From the human T2T-CHM13v2.0 reference genome, Homo sapiens: a DNA stretch of 64,000 bases. Numbering within the stretch: the stretch's first letter is position 1; each line of letters opens with the position of its first letter. Both the position numbers and the translations under genes were made by a program. The notes under the pieces are model-generated. The model was not told where the DNA came from, searched no databases, and saw only the letters and a program-made list of their open reading frames with translations. Positions 39,270 through 52,494 of this stretch are shown in pieces. Location of the stretch: the NCBI RefSeq assembly GCF_009914755.1, contig NC_060945.1; one strand, 5' to 3'.

Positions 39270-40200
39270 TTTATTATTTTCCAGCTTTATTGAGGTATCA
39301 GGGACAAAGATAATCATATGAGCTTAAGTTATACAATATGATGATTTGATATACATATTTACTGAGAAATGATTGACACAATCAAGTAAGTTACCACAAT
39401 AATCACATAATTAGCATTTTGGTTTTGTTTTATGGTGAGAACAATTAAGATCTCCCCTTAGCAAATTTCGAGTATACAATAGAGTATCGTTAACTATAGT
39501 TAGTTACCGTGTGGTAAATTGTATCTCCAGAACTTATTCTTCTTGTAACTGAAGATTTGTACCCTTAAACTAACATCTTCCCATTTCTTCCACCTCCCAA
39601 CCCCTTGGCAACCACCATTCCACATTCTGTTTTTTGAGTTCTACATTTTAGATTCCACATATAAGTAAGATTACTCAGCATTTGTCTTTCTCTGGCTGAC
39701 TTGTCACTTAGCATAATGCCTTCCATGTTTATCCATGCTGTTGTCAATGGCAGGATTTCTTTCCTTTTTATAATATTTCATTACAAATATACACCACAAT
39801 TTATTTTTTCATTCACTCATTAGTGAACAGTTAGGTTGTTTCCATGTTTTGGCTATTGTAAATAGTGCTGCAACAAACATGGGAATGCATATATCTCTTT
39901 GAGCTACTGATTTTGTATCTTTGACATATAAACCCAGAAGTAGGGCTAGATCGTGTGGTAGTTCTAATTTTCATTTTTTAAGGAACCTCCATATTGTTAT
40001 CCATAATGGCTGTATGAATTTATGTTCCCATCAAAAACAGTGCACAAATGTTTCTTTTATTGCACTTCCTCGCCAACACTTGTTATCTCTTATCTTTTTT
40101 ATAATACCCATCACACCAGGTATGAGGTGATAGCTCACTGTGATTTTGATTTGCATTTCTCTGATGATTATTGATGTAAAGCAACTTTCATGTACCTAAT
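39270..40200 (-). mobile_element. L1MA-type 3' end, antisense
   Basis: ccagctttattgaggtat...ttttagattccacatataagt...tttgatttgcatttctctgatgatta. Confidence 0.9.
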
Positions 40201-40630
40201 GGTTTTTGTTTTTACACACGTCGCAGATGTGAAAACAGAAGCCACAGGTAGTTGTCACTTGCCCAAGGACTCTCAGCTGTTTAGTGGTAGAGTCAAATCG
40301 ATTTAACTCCTGCAAGAATATTAAAGCTCAGGAAGGACCCATAAATTATTTTTTCCTTTAGTTTTTCAAATGGAAAATATGCACTTCATTTGACTAAAAT
40401 TGCCAATATTTTGCAACTTTTGTCTTACACCTCTATCATCTGGATTTTCTTTCTTTGTGATCTTTACAATCCTAGCCAAAATGCCTAAAACTCTATACCA
40501 TCTTCTAGTACTTTCATAATTTAACCTTCATGTGCAGAACTTTAATCAATGTGGAATTTCTTATGTGTATAGTGTGAGGTAGGTATTTATATCATTGTAT
40601 CTAAACAGATGGGAGATTGATCAATCCCAT

Positions 40631-41007
40631 TGCTGTGATTTAAATGTTTGCCCCCTTCAAAATTCATGTTGCAACTTAATTGCCATTGTGAAGGTATTGG
40701 GAGGTAGGACCATTATGAGGTGTTTAGGTCTTGAAGGCTCCACCCTCATAAATGGACTAACACCATTATCACAGGAGCAAGTCTGTTATTGCGGGAATGG
40801 GTTCACCCCGTCTTGCTCTCTCTCTTGCCCTCTCTTGGTCTTTCACCATGTGATGCCTTTTGCCATGTTTTGATGCAGCAGGAAGACTCTCACCACTTTG
40901 ATGCTGGATTTTCCAGCCACCAGAACTATGAGCTAATAAATTTCTGTTTATCATAAATTACCCAGTCTCGGGTATTCTGTTGCAGCAGCATAAAACAAAC
41001 TAAGACA
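40631..41007 (+). mobile_element. MST-type MaLR solo LTR
   Basis: TG...CA ends; caaaattcatgttg and aataaatttctgtttatcataaattacccagtctc motifs; 5-bp TSD-like cccat/cacat. Confidence 0.85.
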
Positions 41008-41232
41008 CACATTTACTGAATAAACTATCCCAGATGGAAAATTTGTCTACACAGGGACTTTGCTCCTCCCCTGAATTCTGCAGCACTGGCAACTGTGGTC
41101 CTATTGCCTCAGGCTGATCTACTCCTTATACCTGGATAACATGGTTAGACTTCCTAATCTTTGCTAGTGGCCTAACATGACTTCTCTTTCTAGCCAGTGT
41201 CCTTACCTGGCCAGTTGGTTATGATTGGCCCT

Positions 41233-41550
41233 CTAGGACAACACTCTACAATAGAAATATACCATGAAACACATTGAGAAATTTAAATTTTCCAATGTCC
41301 ACATTTTAAAAAGATAAAAAGAAACAGGTGAATTAATTTTATACCATATTGTATTCACCCTAATGTCTCAAAATATTATCATTTAATATATAACAAATAA
41401 TTTAAATGTATTTGATACTTTCATTCTTTTTTTTCTATTAAGTCTTTGATATCTACTCTGTATTTTACACTTACAGCGCATTTCATTTTGAATTATCCCC
41501 ATTTTGAGAACTCAACAGCTGGCTAGTAGCACCATATCAGACAGTGCAGC
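41233..41550. mobile_element. MER33/MER3-like hAT relic
   Basis: caatagaaatata...ttacacttacagcgcatttcattttg...tggctagtagcaccatatcagacagtgcag. Confidence 0.7.
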
Positions 41551-42221
41551 TTACTCAAGAGACCTGATAATTCTTTTATGGAAGTGGACACTGATTAAAA
41601 TTTCCCAGTGGGGCCTCCTACTCTTTCAATAAACTGACAGCTTATTTTCTTCTTTCCTTGAATTTCTTGGCCTTGAATTCCATTTTCCGTCTCTTGTAAC
41701 TGACCAAATCTACCTCATCCTTTATGGCTCTGTTCCTATCATTCTTTGGAAGCAATTTCTGACACTTGTCGAGCCTTCTCTTTCCACATTCTGATTTAAG
41801 TTTCCCCCTTGAGCTCTTCTTGGTAACACCATCGTACCTACAAGCATACCTGCTATGTATGATTTAGTATTTTGTGCCCAGCTGAAGATTCTGAATTCTT
41901 AGAAGGGACTATGTGTTTTATCTCTCTGTCTCCATACCAATCACAGCACATAGCTGAAACATGAATCTTAATGTTTGTTAAAGAACAAATTTTACAATTT
42001 AGATTTTACAATTTAGAGCCTCTACAATATGTAATAATGTATCCCAAAAAAAGACTTTTGTGTTTTTTTTAAAGGAGCTTTGAAGCTTAAATCATTTTCC
42101 AACCACAGAAAGTATTGTGAAATATAAATAGTTTTTCCTTTCCTCCATAATGTGATTACATATGTGAATTCAAATATTCGTTTTTCCCAACCTCCACCAA
42201 ACAGGCCACACCTACATGAGC

Positions 42222-42225
<4 letters not shown>

Positions 42226-42268
<43 letters not shown>
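42226..42268. repeat. (CA)n microsatellite
   Basis: About 21 units. Confidence 0.95.
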
Positions 42269-42271
<3 letters not shown>

Positions 42272-43187
42272 CTTCTCTAATTTTATCATCTCTGTCTCTG
42301 TTAACATTATCACCATTTTCTCATTGCACACAAGCTGAATGTCTCAAAATTTTCTTAAACTGAGATAATCACAATATTTCAGGTTTTGAAGATAAGTTAA
42401 GTGTTATCCACTGCTTGTAATACTATAATAACTTCAGAGTTCCAGACAGCACAGTTAGTCCTCAGATCTGACTCACAAATACTCCAGATGGGAAAGCTAT
42501 CCTGCTCTTGGAAGAAACCCCTATTGTCCATCAGTCGGACAGATTCTATCCTGGACATAGATTTCCTCCTGGGCTGATATTGATTGTAGGGCTATCTTTC
42601 TTAGAGCCAGGCATTTTGTGGGGTCACCCAGCTCCAGGGACCTCAGAGAGCCAGACTTGGTGTAATGGTCCCTGTTGTGTGGATGAAACAGGGACACATT
42701 TATTACTGCTGATTATAACAAGTTTCTACTGAATCCAGAAGACTTTCTCTGTTGTAAGATTTCAGTGATAGAGTTTGGATGGTCTAGAACTGGAGGAAAG
42801 GACACTAAAATCAGAATCAAAGAAGCAGTAAACACTCCACATCAGAAAGTCAGCCAGGAAACTAGAACAGACCCTTTAATCTCATTTTTATGACCACCCC
42901 AATCTAAAAAGAACTCCATTAAGATACTAGACCTTGCTCTTTTCTAACTGAAAAATGTGTCATCACCTTCATCATACCCAAAACTTAATGAACTGCTGTC
43001 CCCCTTGGCATTTGCTACTGTCCTTTTTAGTCTTTCTTTGCTGCTGGAAATGTTGTATTATGAGCTCAAATGTCATAACCTCAAGATACTTCCCTGAGCT
43101 GTCTCTCCAGTACTTCAAACCTTAATCTCCTCTCCATTAAGCTGTTTCATTCCCTCTATAGCAATTATCTGTCTGAATTTGTTATAA

Positions 43188-43553
<366 letters not shown>

Positions 43554-43827
43554 TAAACATTCTGAGAGCAGAACATTTGCTTATAATTTTTCTTCTGTGT
43601 CTTCAGGATGGTGTCTATTCAAAAATATTTAAGTGAATTAAATAGCATTTCTCAACCTCCATGTAAGCAAACATATATATTTGTACTTTTGTCAGATGTA
43701 GATACATTTGATAGTATATTTTTTCTTTGAACTTACCCTTTTTTAGGTTTTTATTTCCTCTTGCCTAACACTTGACCCTGACTCAAAATTTTCAACAATC
43801 CTGGAAGTGATCTCTCCTATTGCATTA

Positions 43828-44096
<269 letters not shown>

Positions 44097-44463
44097 TAAG
44101 CACTCAGGCTATATCTCCTCCCTGAGACTTTTGTCATAACATCCTGAATAGGTGTCACTTTGCCTCCCTTTCCCCCTCCAGCTCCATTCTAGACACTCAG
44201 TGCCATTTCCAAAGCACAGTTCTGAAATACTCTGTGATTTGTGCTTGGGTATGTGAGAACCTGAGCATGTGGGATATGAGAAGCAGGTAGAGAAGACATT
44301 ATTTATGATGCAAGCATAAGAGGAAATAATTGCGTTATATCAAGGAAGTACCTAAGGTTCAGCCAACATACTGTTAGCCCAATTTTCAAGAGATTCCAAA
44401 ACACCCCAAGAAAGAGTAATTCACAAGCAAGTACACAAAGATTTTTAGGAATAAAGAACCATT

Positions 44464-44469
44464 TTTATT
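44464..44469 (-). terminator. AATAAA polyadenylation signal of KRTAP21-1
   Basis: About 280 nt downstream of the stop. Confidence 0.65.
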
Positions 44470-44750
44470 ACAAATGATTGACTTCCGCAACTGTAGATGT
44501 TATGATCATTAACACAGTCATAACAGAGAATCAGAGATTAAGGGAGCAAAAGATAACATTTGGAAAACAGTCAGATGACACCATGGATCCTATGGCCATG
44601 ATTTCATTCAAAGAAATGTGAGGCTAGAGGTCGAAGATTCTGTCAAGCATGTAATTCTTGGATATAGAAATCTTGGAGTACGAATCCTTGAATCAGCATT
44701 ATCTTCAGACGTGTCATTTTAGAAGCAAATGGTCCTCCGACAGTGATGTT

Positions 44751-44990
44751 TTAGCAGGAAGAATAGCATCTTCTAAAGCAAAATGGCCGGTAGCCACAGT
44801 AGCCAGAGCCAGAGCCATATCCACAGCCATAGCCAGTTCCATAACCACAGCCATAATGGGAGCCAAACCCACAGCCATACCCACAGCCATAGCCAGTTCC
44901 ATAGCCACAGCCACAGCCAGAGCCAGAGCCATAGCCACAGCCACAGCCGGAGCCATAGCCACAGGAGTTGCCGTAGTAGTTGCAACACAT
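44751..44990 (-). CDS. KRTAP21-1: Keratin-associated protein 21-1 (79 aa, high Gly-Tyr/Cys)
   Basis: MCCNYYGNSCGYGSGCGCGYG...GYRPFCFRRCYSSC; TATA box and polyA signal present. Confidence 0.95.
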   Translation of the reverse strand: MCCNYYGNSCGYGSGCGCGYGSGSGCGCGYGTGYGCGYGCGFGSHYGCGYGTGYGCGYGSGSGYCGYRPFCFRRCYSSC

Positions 44991-45068
44991 GTTGTCAAGA
45001 GGAGAGAATTGAGATGGGTTTCAAGAAGATGCTTCTGAGGTGTGGATGTCTTCTACTTCCCTGAGACC

Positions 45069-45076
45069 TTTATATA
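45069..45076 (-). promoter_or_regulatory. TATA box of KRTAP21-1 (TATATAAA)
   Basis: 79-86 nt upstream of the ATG. Confidence 0.85.
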
Positions 45077-46299
45077 CTGTCAGTAATTGCCAAAGCATAT
45101 CACTCATTCCCTGACTTAGGCAACAAATATTTAATCAATTATTATGTGCCAGTCACTGTTGACCATCAATAATATTTTGCTTAAAATGAGCCAATTATTT
45201 TGGAGACTCTAGTTTCATTTCAGGAACATCATTTTAATCTGCTCTGCCAAAGAACTGCCTCAATGAAATCATGTGCCCAAATATAAAGCTGATACTAATT
45301 TTCAAAATCTCCTATCAGTAAATTTATATCTTACATAACAAGTTTTGGGAGGATAATAACAAAATTTTATCCTTTTTTTCCTCTCTTTTTTCCTAAAATG
45401 TCTACCTCTACCCATAGGGAAGGAGACACTCCTATCTCCTTTCCTGAGTCATTACAACTTCTTGCCAGACTTCTTTCTCCAACTCACTCTGCACTTCCAC
45501 ACCTACCCCTTGTCCAACCTCCCTCAAATCCCAAGAAACATATTCACATCTGATCATTCAAAGCCAGAATGTATGCTATCTGCAAGTGCTTCCTACATTT
45601 TCCTTCCATCCACCAGGCAAACCAAGACCCTGGGGAGGCAGAGAAGCCCTCCTTTTGTCTCCCATTTCTTCAGCTATATAAGTAATTGTCATTGAGGAGC
45701 CTTTTTAAAACTAAACAGCTTCATTTGGATAAGGAAGTAAAAAAATTCATTCGACCAGAAACTCAGTTCTTTCCTCCAATACAGATTTCATCAAAGTTTT
45801 GCATGATGAAATACAGATACATTCCTAGAATTTAATAAACCATTTTTCTTCTCCTTTCACTACTATTCCTTGGACATTTACTTCAGAAGCTAAAGGATAG
45901 TGGACAATTTTAGGTTACTGACAGCAAAAGCCCACCATTAACAACTAACCCTTCTATGATATAAAGTAGCACAAAAATAAATTTTGTCCCGTTTCCATAC
46001 ACGCATTTCACACTACTCATTCAAAATTCTCAATTACCCACTTATTACAAGTTCTCAATCTTCTACAAAAATATTCATCGTGATTTTGAAATCCGAGGTG
46101 CCCTCCTTCTTCCCAACAATCCTCTCTATCACACTTACCTTTTCAAGATACAAAAGAGGAAAATTAGTATCATTTTTTCTGCCATTAGTATTTTTCTCAT
46201 CACCCTCAATTATCAACCAAAAAAACCTTCTGTTTATACATCAAAAGTCAGATCTGGAATCACTTTCTACAGGATGCCTTTCCTCATTGCTACTGTGGA

Positions 46300-46490
46300 T
46301 TACATTTTCCCTTCAGTTGGAAATCTTTCCTTTTTTTTCTGCTATCTGTCACTCGTCTCATCTCATTTCTCTGCTATGTTTAGTCCCTTAAAAAAAGCAT
46401 AAATAGATCTCTGTCTCAATTTTTTCTTTTCCTTTAGTTTCTTTCTGTTTTTTCATCCTTGAAATTCAAAACTATAAATTCTACTTCACA
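46300..46490. repeat. Dispersed direct duplication, copy 1 (copy 2 at ~48940-49136)
   Basis: Both copies end in tcatccttgaaattcaaaactat(a/c)aattctacttcaca. Confidence 0.85.
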
Positions 46491-46690
46491 AGTGGATCCT
46501 CTTGTTTGCTCCTATATGCAGACGAATATAATAGATTTGTCATGCTTTGGTGAAACTTTATCCTGTTTACTAATAAAAGCATGATATTCTTGAGGAAAGA
46601 GACTATACCTTTCACAGTAGAAATTCCAGGCAAACCTGAGACCCAATCCACATTTTACATAAGAGGAACTTAAGAGTCAATAGGAGTCAA

Positions 46691-46787
46691 AGACTAGACC
46701 CAAACTGAAGCCACTGTAGCTTCAATTTGGGTCTAGTCTAGATATGACTGTAGCTTCAATTTGGGTCTAGTCTAGGTAAGACTGTAG
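46691..46787. other. 21-bp inverted repeat with tandemly duplicated right arm (34-bp period)
   Basis: agactagacccaaactgaagc-cactgta-gcttcaatttgggtctagtct; right arm repeated at 46747-46775. Confidence 0.9.
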
Positions 46788-48316
46788 ACATGATATTGGT
46801 GCCACAAAGAAAATTTTTTCTACTGAGGCTGAAAACATGGTCAGAACTCAGGAATTGGTGTTGAGCCATAAAATTTATACGACATTCCAAAATTGTCTAA
46901 TGTGTATGGCATCTTTATTTTCTCTAATATTTTTACAAATTTTATCTTTATAGTCATAGCAGGGCCATGGTGATTCTGCAAGAGGATACCTGTAATTAGT
47001 GCTTGGACCTGTTACTTATGTATCTGTTGTATATGTATATATGTGTGTATTCATGTATAAAACTATATATATGTTACCATCCATTACCTCAACTGCAAAT
47101 TTACATGAGCAAGCAACTTATCTCTCCACTTGCAGGATACAGAATATCCATCTGGTATACTGAAAGTACTTAGATAAGCAAAGGATTCATGGGAAAAAAT
47201 ATTTTTCAATAAACTTCAACTTTGCATTCCTATCACTAAAGGATTGAAACATTTATCCATCCATAATACAAATTAAGAGTAGAATCCCATGTCATTTATC
47301 AGGGTTCTTTAGACATTTATAATGACTGATGGTCCTTGTAATAATCCAGGTGAGTTAGAGTAGTGGGAAGTGATCACACAGACACCTGCTCCTAGTTATT
47401 GGTATTATAGGAAAGATACAGAACTTAGCAGAAATGAGATGCTATGCAGAACTGAGCAGCTTGCCTTGACCTGAGATTTCCCTCTCTCCTTGGTTCTTCC
47501 GTGGGGCAAACAGCTGCCAATAACATTCTATGTGCAGTATGGTCCTGTTGGAATTAAGTAAATATGCAAGCTCCTGCTCTTCACTTCCTTTTGCACTCCC
47601 GTTCACATGACCATACTGGAAGAACTTACACTGAGACACTATCAACTTCATTTAAGAGAATATTTACAAACTCTGAAGCTGACTGGTTCTTGAAGCAAAC
47701 CTAGATGTGGAGAGAGATGAAAACAATGTCAGGGCTTCCAGTGCCTTGGTATCTTAATCAACAGTGCTTCCCAGCTTTCCTGTATCCTTGTATTCCTAAA
47801 GTCTACTCCTGAAGTTCTAACATCAGGTTTAATCCAAAGAATGAGACCACAAATCCATTTACCTGCTTCCTCTCTTCTAACTAAAATGCATTCAGTTTTC
47901 ACTGAATTCACAAAGATTCACAAAGATTTCACTGATTCACAAAGAATCTGTGCTTTTTCTACATTGGGTTTCCTCATCTCCAGTTTTAGTTTTTAAATTA
48001 TAATATGTACTTAAACATTTTTGTTGGTTGCTTGCTTTCTTAGGCATCCATTGAACAACTCAGCTGAATTCCACAAACACTAACTGGACTCATGCCATAG
48101 GAAAGATGTTGTCTTGGGAACTGAAAGTTTTCAAAGATAGATCACATGTGGTTTTTGACTCAGGGTCAAGCATCTGCACGAATAAAGTGGCTCCCCCACA
48201 AAATGATCTCTGTTCCTCTTAGGACCAACTTACCGGTTTACTGCCCCTACTTTAGGGCTCATTTCTTTCCACACTACAAGTAAAACAGACACAATGGAGC
48301 TAGTGCACATCCATAT

Positions 48317-48517
48317 CAGTGGTTCTCAGTGATGGGTGTTTTTGCCCTCTCAGAGACACTTAATAATGTCTGGAGACATTTCACTTGTCACGACTTGGAG
48401 AGCGGGAGAAGTTACTGGCATTACTGGCATCTAGTAGTAGAAACCAGGGAAGTAGCTAATCCGAGAAGGCATAGAGTACTCCCCAACAGCAAAGAGTACT
48501 GAGGTCTAGAAACCCTG
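48317..48517. mobile_element. MER20 DNA transposon relic
   Basis: cagtggttctca...aatgtctggagacattt...tactggcatctagtagtaga...agaaaccctg. Confidence 0.85.
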
Positions 48518-48939
48518 ATTTATAGCTATACATCAATAAGTAGGCTTCTAAAACTACAGGTGTCTAATTGAAACTAATCCTTTCTTCTCACTTCATGCCC
48601 AGCATCTGACCCTTCGATCACCAAACATATAGTCCAAAAAGGTGGGTTTTTTCTTGTTTCTGGTTTGTTTGTTTGTTTTTAACTTATCTTACTTGTCTAG
48701 GTTTCATTTAAATCACCATTTTCAGAATCAGGTTGACTCTACACTTTTAAGTTATTTTTACTATAACAGCCACAAAATCCAAGTTGGAACAGAATACATA
48801 CTCAGGAAGATCAATTCTTCTCCTGGGTACTCGAATTTGACAACAAAGGAATGAGTGGTGATCCAGCACTTTATTAAATGCCTTCAACAGGGATTTTCAC
48901 AAAGCTGCCAATTTCATTTTCTGATAATCTTTATTATGA

Positions 48940-49136
48940 GACATTTTTCCTTCAGTCGAGAAATCTTCCTATTTTTTCTGCCATCGGTCACTGGCCTTAT
49001 CTGATCACTCTGCTATGTTTCATCCGTAAAAATAAGCATAAAGAAAATAAATGTCTGTTCCAATTGTTTTCTTTTACCTCGGTTTCTTTCTTTTTCTATC
49101 ATCCTTGAAATTCAAAACTATCAATTCTACTTCACA
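48940..49136. repeat. Dispersed direct duplication, copy 2 (copy 1 at ~46300-46490)
   Basis: Collinear with copy 1. Confidence 0.85.
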
Positions 49137-50930
49137 TCATTCCCTGGAATAGACACTTTGCTTTTCAACACTACTGCCAATACTCACTTCCAGGACACAA
49201 TACCCCTGAGTTATTGAAAAGGTCTTCTATCAAGATTGCATTACTTCTAATCCTTTCCACTCAGATCTCTGGACACTCTTTCATAAGGGCAGAAACTATC
49301 TATATTCCCTGAAAATCCAGCTCTGAATACATGTTTGGCACATAATTTGCACTCAATATTTCTCTACCATAAAAAAGATGATTAAGTCAAACATATGTTT
49401 CATTGTTTGTGTGACATTTATAAGCCATAAGATATTTGGATATATGTTTAAGTTCTCTGAATATCAGTTTCTTCTTTCTAAAATAGAATCTAAGCATTCT
49501 CACATCCTTTTTTATAGGTTACATGCCTATGCAGTGCTTTAGGCCAGGAACTGTATTCTATAAATGTTATTCCTTTGATTGCATTTTTCTCATACCATAG
49601 TTTTGAATTTTCATCTAATAATAGGTTTTCGAATATCCATACTTATTTTTACGGAAATGCTGATTTTATCAGAATTTAATGTGATAACTTTGTAATTTAA
49701 AGGAGGTTGTTCTATGGTATATACACACATGCTCTTATTTAAAATTTTTCTATGATGAACAAAGAAAACCTCACAGAAAATAAATTACCCTCCCAGTAGC
49801 TTTTGTACACCCTGACTGAGCCATTCTGTATAGTAATTTATTACTAAACGTACAGTGTCATCCGTATGTCATTAGGAATAGCATCATGTGTATTTTCAAG
49901 CTTAGCAATTACAAGTTGATTTTATGTTGCATTTATAAAGCATATCACTTGAAAACATGTTTAGCTACCAATCATGTGTTATGTAAAGGAAGCTCATGTG
50001 ATTTGTTGTTGTTGTTGTTGTTGTTTGTTTTTGTTTTTGTTTTTGGAATACCACTAGAGTCAAAAGATCAGCCTATAATACAAAAATATTTTATTTTTAG
50101 TACTATGGCTGTTTTGATAGCTTCATTAAGTGTCATCTTATAGTAAGAGTTTTAGTGAAGATCAAGGATGTATCATACAGTAAATCCTAAATATTAATAG
50201 GAAATATGTTTTAGAGATTTCCATAATTTGGGACGTACATAAATTTCCCCACTTATTGTATAGTATGTTTTTTCCAGCTTTCAATTCCAAGAGTTTTCTT
50301 GTCTAAACTTTGATTAAACAATGAAGAAATTCCCTCTAACCTTCCATCTATATTGTAGTTTGTAAAGTGTCTTTACACACATTACTTCAATTCATTCTCA
50401 CAATCTGGTGAAATGAATAGGGCAGATGCTACTCGAACTAGTGTTTAAGGAAAGAAGCTGAAGTTCAAGGTTATTAAATCACTAGTCCAAAGTCACACAG
50501 CTGATGAGTGTCATCCATCAAGTGCCCCTCCTGACCAGGCCCTCCAAATCATCAATGAGGTCTGTGCTGCTCCCTGGGTACCCTTCTTAGACTAGAGAAA
50601 GGCTAGGAATTTCCTCTATAAATCTGCTTGGTTATTGCAGTTCTGCCAGTAGTGTCATAAATGCATAAGAAGACGGCTTTTTGTTCTGCTGCCCTATCTC
50701 ACTGGCCATTCCTGTTCATGCCTCAGGCTTCAATTCAAATGCACCTCTTCTTGGAAATCTTTCCTATCTTCCCACAAATAATCCCTCTGTATTTTAAAAC
50801 TTTCATACTTATCACTATAAAAACAATAACTTCTTTCTATTTGTAATATTATCATATAACTTAAATAAGGTTACTGATTCACTGAGGACTGACCCCATTT
50901 GGATAGACAGTTGATGGGTAAGCAAGTAGG

Positions 50931-51007
50931 TAGATGGATGGAAGGAAGGAAGGAAGGAAGGAAGGAAGGAGGGAAGGAAGGAGGGAAGGAAGGAAGGGAG
51001 GAAGGAA
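50931..51007. repeat. (GGAA)n-type microsatellite
   Basis: Directly visible. Confidence 0.9.
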
Positions 51008-52325
51008 ATTCTCCAAAAATCTACCATAACATGAGCTATTTCTCTCTTTTCTTAGCCTCTAGGTTGAATAACAACTCCTTTCGACAGTGCTGGGTACTGA
51101 CTACACAGAAGACCTAATTTTATTTGAAGAAAGAATTATTGAGATTTCACACCAGCCATGATAGTCTTTCAATTTATGTAAGATACTTTGCATTGTGAAA
51201 AACTGACTCTCCTCTCTCCTTTACTTTCTTGTCTCTGTCAGCACCGGCATCATTTTCTCTGCTCATCAGGCTCAACAGTTCTGAGTCATTCTTGATGTGA
51301 AGTTCACAGAATTTCAGGACCAGAATGAACACTAGGTCACCACCTATCCTGGAGTTCTCACTCTGGTGATTTTGTCTGTCTTACCCGTGATTGGGAAGCT
51401 TCCATCATCTATATTCCCATGGAATAGCCAATTTAGCTCTCAGGGATATACTTGTAAAAAAAAATTAGAGGCTATTGCCCATTAGTCCCAATTCTGATCT
51501 CTGGAGACAAGAAGCAAATCCAATCCTCTTGCCATATTATAAACCTTTAATGTGTTTTGATAACCCATGTCACTTCTTCCTGACAAGTCTAATATCTTTC
51601 CTCACAAAAGATCACAAGGATGCATTTCCACTAAGTTTCTCTTCCTTGGACATCTCATCTACCTTCCTCTTTCATCATGTCCAAGGCTGAAATACTTGAC
51701 CTCCAGCATGTTTCATGAGTCCATCACTTTCTTCCCTTTATCAGTGACAAAACTCAATTCAGGCCCACATCACGTCATTCCTGAATTCTCCTAGGCTCAT
51801 GTCTCTTCCTCTCCAATCCATCCTACAAGATATTAGAGGTTTGCATAAACACAATTCTGAATCCTGTGCAATTGCATATATAAGCATGTGTTTCTGTTAT
51901 TTCAGATGTGAGTAATCACCAAATAGTAAATTACTGAAGAAAAATTCTTGGATAAATGTCTGAAAAAATGGCAAAGTCACAGGTAACCACACACATAAAA
52001 TGATAATAAAACAGGAAGATCACAAAATCTGTAGTAATGGATGATTTAAAATAAGATGGATGACACAGACTTGATAGATTCAAAAATGTATTTTATTGGG
52101 AAACTGATTTGCCATGTAGAGCACAAATGCTCATGGCCATAGTCACACCATTGGAAGAAACCATGAAACTTAAGGGTTAAATTTCAGGAAACAGTTGGCA
52201 TATAATCTTTCTTCCATTAACATCAAACCTATCTATGGCAAAAATATTTCAAAGGGATTTAAATAGAGTCACAGCTGTCATCCTATTGTTACTTCAGCAG
52301 CAAATAATGCTCTGATAGTGATTTT

Positions 52326-52494
52326 CTAACAGAAAGACGTCTAGCATGCTCTGTAGCAAAATAGATAATTAGCCATTGCAAACACAGCCAGAATGAGAGC
52401 CATTGACACAGCCGTAGCTCGACCCATCACCACAGCCAGAGCCAGGGCTATATCCACAGCCTCCACAGGGATCTCCATAGTAGTAGCAATTCAC
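52326..52494 (-). pseudogene. KRTAP21-like pseudogene
   Basis: ACC-GTG in place of the start; (V)NCYYYGDPCGGCGYSPGSGCGDGSSYGCVNGSHSGCVCNG* with premature TAA at 52371-52369; frameshifted tail LFCYRAC*TSFC*; decayed TATA (agaccttcacatgc near 52565-52578); AATAAA at 52092-52097. Confidence 0.85.
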
